A DNA stretch of 17,440 nt, from the NCBI GenBank assembly GCA_054661495.1, contig BAAFSQ010000208.1, positions 1 to 17,440 on the forward strand, read 5' to 3'. The notes below the pieces were generated by a model. It saw nothing but the letters and a program-made list of their open reading frames with translations, did not search any database and was not told the DNA's origin. The stretch is from Zygophlyctis sp. KS116 (lineage: Eukaryota > Fungi > Chytridiomycota). Below are positions 1 to 9,700 of this stretch, piece by piece (positions within the stretch are counted from its first letter, which is position 1; each line of letters begins with the position of its first letter). Made by a program: the position numbers and the translations under genes.

Positions 1-189
1 GCTATAGTTTTCGAGTTCAAAAAATCAATCAGTAAAGACAGTCTTGAAATGGATGCTGAAAAAGCTCTTGATCAAATCATTGAAAATAAGTATGCTGATG
101 ATCTTTCCAATTGCCAATGTCTTTTAGTGGGAGCAGCATTTTATAGGAAAGAAATGTCTAGTCTGAAATTTAAGGAATTACAGAATTAG
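1..189 (+). CDS. 3' end (partial) of a PD-(D/E)XK nuclease domain protein, PDDEXK_9-like, the type usually fused behind an AAA-ATPase-like domain
   Basis: Frame 1 is open from base 1 to TAG 187-189: AIVFEFKKSISKDSLEMDAEKALDQIIENKYADDLSNCQCLLVGAAFYRKEMSSLKFKELQN*. The hhhExK, AxxALxQIxxxxY and hhhGhxF patterns match the family. Not in the ORF track. Confidence 0.8.
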   Translation, partial: AIVFEFKKSISKDSLEMDAEKALDQIIENKYADDLSNCQCLLVGAAFYRKEMSSLKFKELQN

Positions 190-286
190 CTAACTGTAGA
201 AAAAAGTTGTTTTGCTGTTTCTTAAAAATTTATTTCGGACATTGAGCGTACATTCAGTTGTTGCAAAAGACCACTTCTGAAAGACA

Positions 287-1236
287 TTATACCCAAGGTA
301 TATCGTTTGGTACGAATTCAGGAAAATCTGAATTTATATACTCCTTTATATTCTGATGCCATTCTTTCATATTCGCCTGACCTATCCAAGAAAGATGTTC
401 TTTTGTGATCACACTACTTTTCTGTAATTTAAACGACTCCTTATTCGATAAATCATTTATGCGTTCATAAAAACTAGAACGAAATGAATCACCAGTACAA
501 AAACATGCTAGAACATCCACTTCAGCAGCTCCAGCCATTAGTAATAGATTCCTAGCAGCTTCAGAGGTATTTCCCCAATGAAAAACATCATCATACAGTA
601 GAATGGATTTACCTTTGATAAACCCATCTTTAAGAATTTCGGGATCTAATCGCATATTATCATAATGCATTATCCTCGGAGCATCCCTTGATCGACGAAT
701 GTTTCGGTCTTCCTTTGTAGATTTACAAGCCATCGGTTGAAATCTTTGAATCAAATGCATTAGATTAGCAGATGAAACGTTATCATTAATAGCAGATGCA
801 ATAATTTGTGCTACAGCTAAATTACTCTTCGAAGCAGGCCCTTTTGAAGATGGTAAAGGACAAATTAAATCATATTTTCTAGAAAAGATTGTCATTGAAG
901 GATTATCCGCCGAATCAAGATTTAAACTTGCATTCATTGATGCTTTAATCGAGTCCTGAGCAAATTTCATCATAAATCTCCCATCACTAGTAAATGGTGT
1001 CATGAGTCCTCTAGGTAGATTGGCTTCTCCTCCTGTGCCTATTAAAGACTTTAATTACCTTTTAAAAATGATAAACTTGACACAAGTGCCACTCTAACGC
1101 AAACATCTAAATGTTCCCAAACAGTTTTATAATTTCCATCTAGCAACGATGCACCCAATGAGAATCCAGAAGCACATCTAGGATCCCTTGCTTCCCATCC
1201 AAACTGACACAAGGTTGAAATTAGCCGACGATTCAT
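287..1236 (-). CDS. Type I phosphoribosyltransferase, ComF-like/bacterial-type; 2 exons, about 309 aa
   Basis: ATG at 1236. A 20-nt intron at 1039-1058 (gtaattaaagtctttaatag) joins ORFs 1051..1242 and 287..1003 in frame (..SFLK-G-TGGEANLPRGLMTPF..). Motifs LICPLPSS and KSILLYDDVFHWGNTSEAARNLLLMAGAAEV resemble the PRPP-binding hhhhDDhxTTGxT...LxxAGAxxV signature. Confidence 0.78.
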
Positions 1237-1292
1237 TTTCAATCAAAGACTTTAAGTAAGATCAAGGCCAAAGGTTGAGGTTGACCGTTGGC

Positions 1293-1306
1293 TGATTACG
1301 TAATCA
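1293..1306. promoter_or_regulatory. Perfect 14-bp palindrome TGATTACGTAATCA (bZIP-type TTACGTAA core) in an 80-bp divergent promoter
   Basis: The palindrome is seen directly between the ATG at 1236 (-) and the ATG at 1317 (+). Its function is inferred. Confidence 0.5.
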
Positions 1307-1316
1307 CATCTTTGAA

Positions 1317-2672
1317 ATGATTTCTAGAGAGCCATGCACAGGATTTGCAGAATGTCAGTCTTGTTCTAGTCTTGTTGAATTCAGCCTACCATCCGGCAGT
1401 CTTCCACAGACTTATTCTATCGATTGCTACTCTTGTCATCAGAATTTCCAAATTTCATCTGCAAAATGCAAAATATTCAGAGGAGCTAAAGGAAAGGCAA
1501 AGTCTTTGAATGCGTTTGGAAGGAAACTGGGAACAGAAGATTCTCCGATTGAAATGGAATATTATGATATACTACAAGTAAAGGCTGATGCTACTGCTGC
1601 ACAAATAAAAAAAGCATATTATGTATTGGCAATGAAATGTCATCCGGACAAAAATCCTGATGATCCTCTAGCAGAAGAGAAATTTAAAAAGATTTCTGAA
1701 GCATATCAAGTATTATCAGATCCTCAGAGAAGAGCATTCTATAATATACATGGGAAGAGTACAGGGAATCAAGAGGCTGTTTTTGTAAGGTTTTTTGTAA
1801 TTGAATATAGGCTGATCCAGAAGAATTCTTTAAATCTCAGTTTGGAGGTGATAAATTTACAGATATTATTGGAGATATGGCTATTGCAAAACAATTCAAG
1901 GAAGCAATGTCATCTAGCATGAACAAAGAAAGTGGAAATGATTCTAATGAACCTGTAGTATCACAAGAAGAAAAAGATGCACTCTTGGAATCTCGTATAA
2001 CTGCATTATGTGAAAAACTTGTTGCAAAATTGTCATTATATGTAGACTCTTTTCCTTTACATCCTCTAGGTATTTTTAAAGAATTAAATACTAGATGAAC
2101 CAATGGGAACTAGTTTAGAAAGTATTGCTAAAGAATGTTTAGCAACTTTCAAGGCAATGGCACAAATTGAAGCAGATTCTTTAAAAACAGAGTCTTATGG
2201 TATCCAACTCTTACAAACTATTGGTTATATTTATTCTTTAAAAGCAGAAACCTGTTTAACAAGACTAGATTATCAAGAAGGTCATGTTTTTCAAAAAGTT
2301 TGGTCTTTTGGAAATAGTTGGACTGGTGCTTTCAAAGAAAAAGCACACATGGTATCAGAGACTGTAGGAACAGCACGTACTATAGTTGATTTACATGTAT
2401 CATTTACAAAATTAAAAGACTTGGAAAAAAAGACTCAAGATGGTGACTCTTTAACAAAGGATGAAGAAGATCAAAAACAAAAACTTGAATTTGAAGCTGC
2501 TCAAAAAGGAATGGAAGCGCTTTGGAGAGTCTCAAAATCAGAGGTTGAAACTACTCTCAAGGCTGTTTGTGACCGGGTCTTGTCTGACTCTTTTGAAAAG
2601 CAAATTCTACGAAGAAGAGCCATCGCCCTTCGAGCCCTTGGAGAGATATATTATAGTGTCAAGAAAGATTAA
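1317..2672 (+). CDS. DnaJ co-chaperone with DnaJ-X domain (Djp1/Caj1 family); 3 exons, about 434 aa
   Basis: J domain YYDILQV...CHPDKNP...[13 protein letters not shown]. Introns 1785-1810 (26 nt) and 2070-2094 (25 nt) restore [21 protein letters not shown] and the DnaJ-X region ([34 protein letters not shown]). N-terminal CxxC...CxxC. Confidence 0.9.
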
Positions 2673-2768
2673 TCTCTGTGGATAATGTTTGGAATGACTT
2701 TATATTTTTTAAAACTTGCATTATTCGCTTTAAAGAATAGAACGGGAATTTAAGAAAAATTGAAAAAA

Positions 2769-4478
2769 ATGGAAAAAAGAAATTCAATATCTTCTATTCC
2801 TGAGACACAAGGCATTGTTCCAGACTCTCCCACTCATGTATATCTAGATAGACTGTCTGGATGGACTGGAATTTTAAAGAAATTGTTGAATTATTTTGAA
2901 TTTACAATTTCAAGTTTAAAATCTCAAATTGAGTTTAAAAAAAAGATTTCGGACAATCTTTGTCTCAAAGAATCCAATTTCCAGAAAGACGAAACCTTTC
3001 AGATTTTGTATTCTTATTTAATTCAAGACTCTATCAAGGAATCAATGGAGAATTCACAATTTCTGAATTTTATAGAGTCTCAGATCCTTCCGATTCTAAA
3101 CTCTTTAATAGGAGAAGTTAAGAAGAAGGCTACAGATCATGACAAGGAATGGACGGAAATTGACAGGGAAATTAATTCAGATAGAGACACTTATATTAGG
3201 TTGGTGTCTAATCTAAGGATAGCATTAGTAAAAATACAATGGAAAGATACTCCTTTACCTGACAAGGAGTTTCAAAAAGATCCTTGGATGGCTAATCAAT
3301 TGATTAAAAAACACGCACTGGTTTGTGAAAAAAAACAGACAAAATATAGAGAAGCTTTACTCGAACAATCAAAGAATTTCTTTGCTTTTGAAACTATAAT
3401 TCTTCAAAATTTAAAAGTAGCTCTTTCACTTTATTTTGAATTCAAGGCAAAATCTATTAGTCAGAGTTTAGAGTCTACAAAAGAGTTGAAAACTCTTTTA
3501 AGTCAAATAGATGTGCATGCGGATTGGCAAAAGTTTCAAGGTTTTAATGGAAAAGTATTTTCTCAGATACAAGGTCCATTGATATCAGTAAAAGATTTGA
3601 CTTATGATGGTTTTGATGATCCATTGACTAAAATTATTCAAAAAGGGACTTTTTTGAAGAAGGATGTAGGAATGTTTAAGACTTCTTGGAAGTCTTTTAA
3701 TGCAGTTTTGACAGGTTCTGGGTTTTTTCATCTTTTTACTTTGGAGAATAATGAATCTGAATTACCAGTTCTTTCTCTTGATTTATCAGAATGTACAGTT
3801 GGACCTCTCATGCTTAATGAAAAAGAACCGGAAGAATTTACTATTTCTGAAAAATCTACTGGAATTTTTGGAAGGGAAGTAAAGCACAAGGTAATTTTAG
3901 TTTTTTTTATAAAAAAGTTTAAAGGAAAAGATATGGAAATTAGCGCAAAATGGTGGTCTCTTTTATCGGATCATATAAGAACGATAAAGAAAAGTATAGC
4001 TTCTCATCAACAATTAATGGATGAGTCACATTTGTCTGCAGATCCTAAAAAACCAATTTTAGATTTACAGCAGCCTCTTCAACCATCTATAACTAATCAA
4101 TATGTTTCTCGAAGTATTTCTAATACTATAAAAACTTCGATAGATCCTCCTAATCAAAAAAATTCAGACTCACAATCAAAACCAAACATTCCTCTACCAC
4201 CACGGAGGGTAGTTCCTGGACTTCCAATCTCTAAACAGCAAGAAACAAGCAATCCAAATACTAATATTATGGGTTTTAGATCTGAAAACTCAAACACACA
4301 ATCAAATGTAACCCCACCTGTTGAACTTGATACTTCGAATCTTACAATGAACCCTTCACAAACAGCTGTACCTCTTGCTATTCAAATGGAAATGGCACTT
4401 AATGCGGCTGTTGAAGAAAGGAAATCATCTGCGATAAGCAATCCTTGGGGGGAAGATGAAGATAACGTGTGGGGATAA
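2769..4478 (+). CDS. BAR-PH domain protein, Slm1-like; probably 2 exons, about 560 aa
   Basis: Helical N-terminal region (YLDRLSGWTGILKKL, DPW), PH domain (KGTFLKK..FKTSWK..VLTGSGFFHLF..LSLDLSEC..WW) and a Pro/Ser-rich tail. Probable in-frame intron 3891-3917 (27 nt, translates as VILVFFIKK). First ATG at 2769; the ORF-track start is TTG. Confidence 0.72.
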   Translation: MEKRNSISSIPETQGIVPDSPTHVYLDRLSGWTGILKKLLNYFEFTISSLKSQIEFKKKISDNLCLKESNFQKDETFQILYSYLIQDSIKESMENSQFLNFIESQILPILNSLIGEVKKKATDHDKEWTEIDREINSDRDTYIRLVSNLRIALVKIQWKDTPLPDKEFQKDPWMANQLIKKHALVCEKKQTKYREALLEQSKNFFAFETIILQNLKVALSLYFEFKAKSISQSLESTKELKTLLSQIDVHADWQKFQGFNGKVFSQIQGPLISVKDLTYDGFDDPLTKIIQKGTFLKKDVGMFKTSWKSFNAVLTGSGFFHLFTLENNESELPVLSLDLSECTVGPLMLNEKEPEEFTISEKSTGIFGREVKHKVILVFFIKKFKGKDMEISAKWWSLLSDHIRTIKKSIASHQQLMDESHLSADPKKPILDLQQPLQPSITNQYVSRSISNTIKTSIDPPNQKNSDSQSKPNIPLPPRRVVPGLPISKQQETSNPNTNIMGFRSENSNTQSNVTPPVELDTSNLTMNPSQTAVPLAIQMEMALNAAVEERKSSAISNPWGEDEDNVWG

Positions 4479-4532
4479 AACTTGGAATTCCGATCAGGCG
4501 ATTAAAATTTAAAATTTCCGGCAATAGATAAG

Positions 4533-5995
4533 ATGTTTGTATTACCTTTTCTTGCGTTTTTCTTTTGCATTGATGGACTACCTTTGAATAAAGTTTCTCC
4601 TCTCTTGAATTCATGGAACCATGAGAGTCAAGAATTCAGAGGGCATGAAGTTTGGCGGATCAAGATCAATAAAAATTATCAGCAACATTTCTTGGGCGTT
4701 TTAGAATCAGTAATAATTTTACCTTTATAATCTTAATAGGCTGGAATGATTGATATCTGGTCTAGTAATTCTCTGGTTGGATCAGTTGATTTTAGACTCG
4801 CATCCAAAGATAAGCAGAGCGTTCGGGAAATGCTTCTGAAAGAAAGTATTAAAGAGTCCGATATTGAACTTATTATTCCTGATGTTCAAGTGGCTATTGA
4901 TTTTCAAAAACAAGAGAATATGAAATCTAGTTCCAATCAAATTGTCCTTGGTCCGGACAATTTTTTTGAATCTTATCATACTCTTGATGAAATTCAAGAA
5001 TATATAGATGATCTGGCAGCAAAGTATCCTGATATTGTTGAGCCATTCTGGATAGGGTATTTTTATTTGATGTTTTATGATTAGCAAAACTCATCAAGGA
5101 CGAAAAATCCAAGGTATCCATATCAGAGGAAACCAATCAAATGATAAAATGCCCGAAATTGTATTCCATGGGGGCATTCATGCTCGAGAGTGGATAGGAC
5201 CAGTATATTTTCATTTATAAATAATCAAAGGCTGTGGTCACATACATGGCTAATCGTTTAGTGACTGGGTATGGTGTAGATGAGACAATTACGAAAATGC
5301 TAAACACTTTTGAGTTTAGTATAATTCCTGTTTTGAATGTGGATGGATTTGTCTATACTCATGAAAAAAACAGAATGTGGAGGTAATTAAAAATTAATAA
5401 CTCATTATAGAAAAAATCGCCAGCCAAACAAATACTTTTGCGTAGGAACTGATCCAAACCGAAAGTAATTTTGATAAGGCTCATAATTAGTTGGGGATAT
5501 AAATTTGGCACTGGAGGATCTTCAAAGAATCCATGCGCTGAAGACTTTCAAGGACCTAAAGCTTTTTCCAGTCAAGAAGCATCGAGCATGGCCCGTTACA
5601 TCAAATCAAGAGAGAATCGTGTTATTTCATATATTGATTTCCATGCATACTCTCAATTATGGATGTACCCATTTGGATATGCTTGTGAAATTGACGCTCC
5701 AGATAAATCTAAACTAGATATAGTATCTAAAGCAGCAGTAAAGGCACTTAAATCTGTAAATGGAGTAACATTTGCCCAAGGACCTATCTGTGAAATCATA
5801 TACCAAGCCAGCGGATCAAGTGTAGATTGGACCTATGCGATTGGTAAAGTCACTTATTCAATGGCTGTTGAACTGCGTGACAAGGGCAAGTATGGGTTCT
5901 TACTTCCTCCAGATCAGATTATTCCATCAGGAAAAGAAACTTTTGCAGCACTTTCAACATTTGTCTTGAAAATTAAGGAAATTGAAGGTTATTAG
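4533..5995 (+). CDS. Secreted zinc carboxypeptidase A/B (M14A) with propeptide; 6 exons, about 440 aa
   Basis: Signal peptide MFVLPFLAFFFCIDG. Introns 4710-4739, 5057-5084, 5203-5230, 5383-5410 and 5465-5490 restore GGIHAREW, NVDGF, WRKNR, GTDPNRNW, IDFHAYSQ, GSSVDW and ELRD. Confidence 0.95.
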
Positions 5996-6049
5996 TCAAA
6001 ATATAACAAAAATACTCTTTATTTCCTAACTTGCCTTAAAATTCCCGAT

Positions 6050-6525
6050 ATGTCTAGTATATCTCTAAAGTTTCTTAGTCTTCGATACCAAAATGAATGC
6101 ATTTATGTCCATTACACCAAAAATGATAAAAGCTATCGCAGGAAAATGCCATTAAGAGATTTAACTAGAAGCAGTGAATTTCTAGTAGATCATTTAATTT
6201 CCCATCATTCTCCTTTACTAGACTCTATAAATCAAAATCAACTTTTAACATTTGTCAATATGCTTAAAAACAAGGACTTTAATAGACTAAACGATTCTCA
6301 ATTATCAAAAGTAAAACAAGACATGGAAAAAGATTTTATAAAAAACCAAATTTCAATCAAGGATCCAAACTTTGAATACGATGTCCGAGTAAGACCACCT
6401 ATAAAATTTTAAATTCCTAGGTTAATTTTGATCAAAAGAATAGTATAAATAGTGAATGGGATGATTCCATTTCTGAAGAAGATTTTGGAGACATATCTAT
6501 AGATGATCTCTTGGGAGATTTATAA
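6050..6525 (+). CDS. CEP19: Centrosomal protein CEP19 homolog; 2 exons, about 147 aa
   Basis: RRKMPLR, DFNRLNDSQLSKVKQDMEKDFIKNQ, DPNFEYDVR|VNF and EWD parallel the CEP19 motifs RIMPVR, DLNKLDDKEL..K..MDELFEKNQ, DPNFVYDIEVEF and GWD. Intron 6389-6420 (32 nt), stop 6523-6525. Confidence 0.85.
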
Positions 6526-6585
6526 CACTACGTAGGCGATGGGCGATGCAGACTTTTAAGTAGAAAAAAGAAAAACTTTCAAGTA

Positions 6586-6621
6586 AAATTTTTAAGCCAA
6601 GCAGTTAAATTTTTAAGCCAA
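6586..6621 (+). repeat. 15-bp direct repeat AAATTTTTAAGCCAA x2
   Basis: Exact copies at 6586-6600 and 6607-6621. Confidence 0.8.
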
Positions 6622-6769
6622 AGAAAAATTTGAAAGAACCAACTCTATGGAAAACTATTGAAAAATCTAGAAATTTGGAAAAAGTTTAAAATAAATCCAG
6701 AAAAATTTAGAAACAGCAGTGAGACCTACGTCAAAAGCCTAAAGTTCGATTCCTGCGGTGAGCGAATTC

Positions 6770-9700
6770 ATGAAATTGCGATCTGACAAGACTTATAATA
6801 ATAATTCTCCAAAAAAGAAGATCAGAACGGAAAATATAATGGATCGCTTTAGTCAAATGCTACAAGTTTTAAAACAAGATGATTTAACATTAAAGTTGAT
6901 TACTCTTCAGGATTTGTCTGAATTCACTTCAATGGCAACTGGTAAATTTCGATTTTTTAATTTTCTTAGAAGACTCTTTTACTTGCGGATCGGTTTTCTC
7001 TACAGATGCTTTTGTAAAGGCATTGTTGGGACTATTCAGAGAAACTCCTTCTCCGCTAGACTTGGAATTATTCCCAGAAGTCTTAATTTTAGCTTGCAGA
7101 TGTCTTTGTAATCTCATTGAAGCTTTACCTTCAATTACTTTGGCAATCGTTCATGAAGATGGTGTGTCAGTATTGGTTGAAAAAATTATGAATATAGAGT
7201 ATATTGATTTGGCAGAATCTATACTTTCTATTCTCGACAAACTTTCAGGAGAGTTTCCTCTTGCAATATTAAAAGGGAATGGGTTAATAGCTTCATTGCA
7301 ATATATTGATTTTTTTAATATTCATAATCAAAGGATGGCTATTTCAATTGCTGCAAATGCGGTTCGAGGTTTACAGAGTTTAGATAGATCTAGAGGTAAT
7401 TCTTAATTTTAAAAAGGTAAAGGGAGGTCTGCAAAAGAAGTTGTAGTAGAAATTATACCAATTTTAGAAAGGCTATTGACATATTCTGATTTGAGAGTTC
7501 TTGAAAGTACTACTAGAGCTATATCACGGATAGTAGAATGGGCGGCAAATTATTCAAGGCAAGATTTTGAAGAAATAATCTCAAAAAGCTTAATTAAAGC
7601 TGTTAGAGATGTATCTGCTCCTCTGGGTTCTTGTACAAATTCACCATTGATTCTAACAATGTTAATCAAGATACTTGCTGGTACTGCAAAGGCATCACAT
7701 AATTATGCAGGATTGTTAGTGTCGGAATTAGACGTATTTCCTCATATTATACAATCTCTTTCTGGAAAAAATTTAAATGATGGTTCAGTCTTGAGCTCAA
7801 ATGCAAATAACTCTCCAGAAAATATTTTGGCTATTCTTTCCTTGGCAAGTGATTTATTGCCAGATTTACCAAATGAGGGAATTTGGTCGCTTAATGTACC
7901 ACTGGTAGAGGAATACAAGACTTCTGATCATGCAGTTCTACGTTTGAAAGCATTTAATGAATTGTTTTTCAAGAGATATTTTTCAGAAATTATTCCTGTT
8001 CTAATTCAAGTTTTTGGACTGACTGTAAATTCAGGTATACGGCGAAAATGTCTGGAATGTGTTGCAAAAGCTATTTGGTTTACAGATAAGGAGACTTTGG
8101 ATAAGATTGATGTATTACTTATTGGAAAATTTGTATCTGACTTGATTGGATTATCTCAGTCATTTATTTCTTCCTCTAATGAACTGGAAAAAGAAACCAT
8201 AGAGATAAAAGCTTTTGTGGCAGGTGGTATTTCTATAGCTCATGTGCTACTTCAAAAATATGAGGATCGATTTAGAAGAATATTTACAAGGGAAGGTGTT
8301 CTCACTCAGATCAAAAATTTATCAGAGTCTTTGAAGGAAATTTCAGAAAATGCGGAGGATATTCCTCCACAGGAAGAGCCTAGTGGTGGAAGAAACGTTG
8401 AAGATATGATTATGAATATTGTTCAGGATCTTAATGAAATGGATGATCAAATGAATACACAAGAACATGTGCCGTCAGAAGATGAAAACGAAAATGAATC
8501 TGTAGATAATCCTTTAAGAGACTCTCATATGGCAAGAATGATGAGCAATATGCGAACAGCTTTTGAGTCTATAAGAAGAGATGACAGTAATACAAAGACA
8601 TCTTCTAACAGAAAAAATATTCGTTCAATAAGTGGTGATAGATATACTTCTATTCAAGTACTGAAATGGATGAAAGCTGTTTCTGAAACTATTATATCTT
8701 TATTAGATGGGCAATCTGGCAAAAATGATGAGCTAACGGACTCTTTATTGAAAATCAATGATGCATTCTTGGGGAAAATACCATTCTTTGGAGAATTACA
8801 AACCTTTGCAGAACTACTGCTGGGTGATAATTCAACGACAGGTTTGACAGGATTTGAACTTTTGGAGAATGGCCTGATCAATTCTCTCTGGTCTTTCTTG
8901 ACATGTGAAGCTGAAGCTGATATTCTACTCAAATCAGAATATCAGGATCCGCTGAAAGTTCGAATTCAACATTTCTATGCCGTATTTTTTAATGGCCCAT
9001 CAATATCAAATGAGGCAGTATTTGTCGAGAAAGCCTTTTCGTGTTTAGTGAATAGGCTACAAGAATGCCTATCTAGGTCAGAATCGTTGATTCTTGCGAC
9101 CGCAATTCCTCAGGAAAATTCAAATTCTTCGGTTTTAACATTGATCGGGACTTTGACTGGCATGGGGGGTTTACCTCGTGATTTCAACAGTCCTTTGCTA
9201 CAATTAGCCAAGCAGATTCGTGTTAAGTTAATATCGGATAATCCGCAAAAAAATTCACCTGCTATAGTAGTCAGGATACATGCCGTGGCTACGTTTAAAG
9301 CATTGGAAGAGTATTTGAAAACAAGAATTTTAGAAGATGATAAGTTAAATAACGAAAATGAGGTGGAAGACGTGCTGGATGATTTTGAAGGATTAGATGA
9401 AGAGTTTGATGAAGATGACGTGGAACCAATGGATGAAGACGGCGTATTTTAATATTCATTTAATTGATAGGTGATGAATGTTAGCGATCTTCTAATTAAG
9501 TCAGAAGAAGAATCAAGGAAATGCAGAGATCGAGGAGAAGATTTCGGAACGAGTAAAATTGAATCAGAGAGCGAACAGAAGGCAACCACTCGAGATTCTG
9601 TGGTTGAGTTTCCTCCGGATCAATCCTCTCATAATCGTGCATCAAAAATTCTGAAGAAAAAATCAAAACGAAAGATATCTAAAAAACCCAAGCAAAAATC

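Noticed and set aside
6540-6765. Possible tRNA (CAGACTTTTAA anticodon-like arm plus GTTCGATTCC T-loop)
   Set aside because: The T stem and acceptor stem cannot pair and there is no D arm. Kept only as a B-box-like motif.
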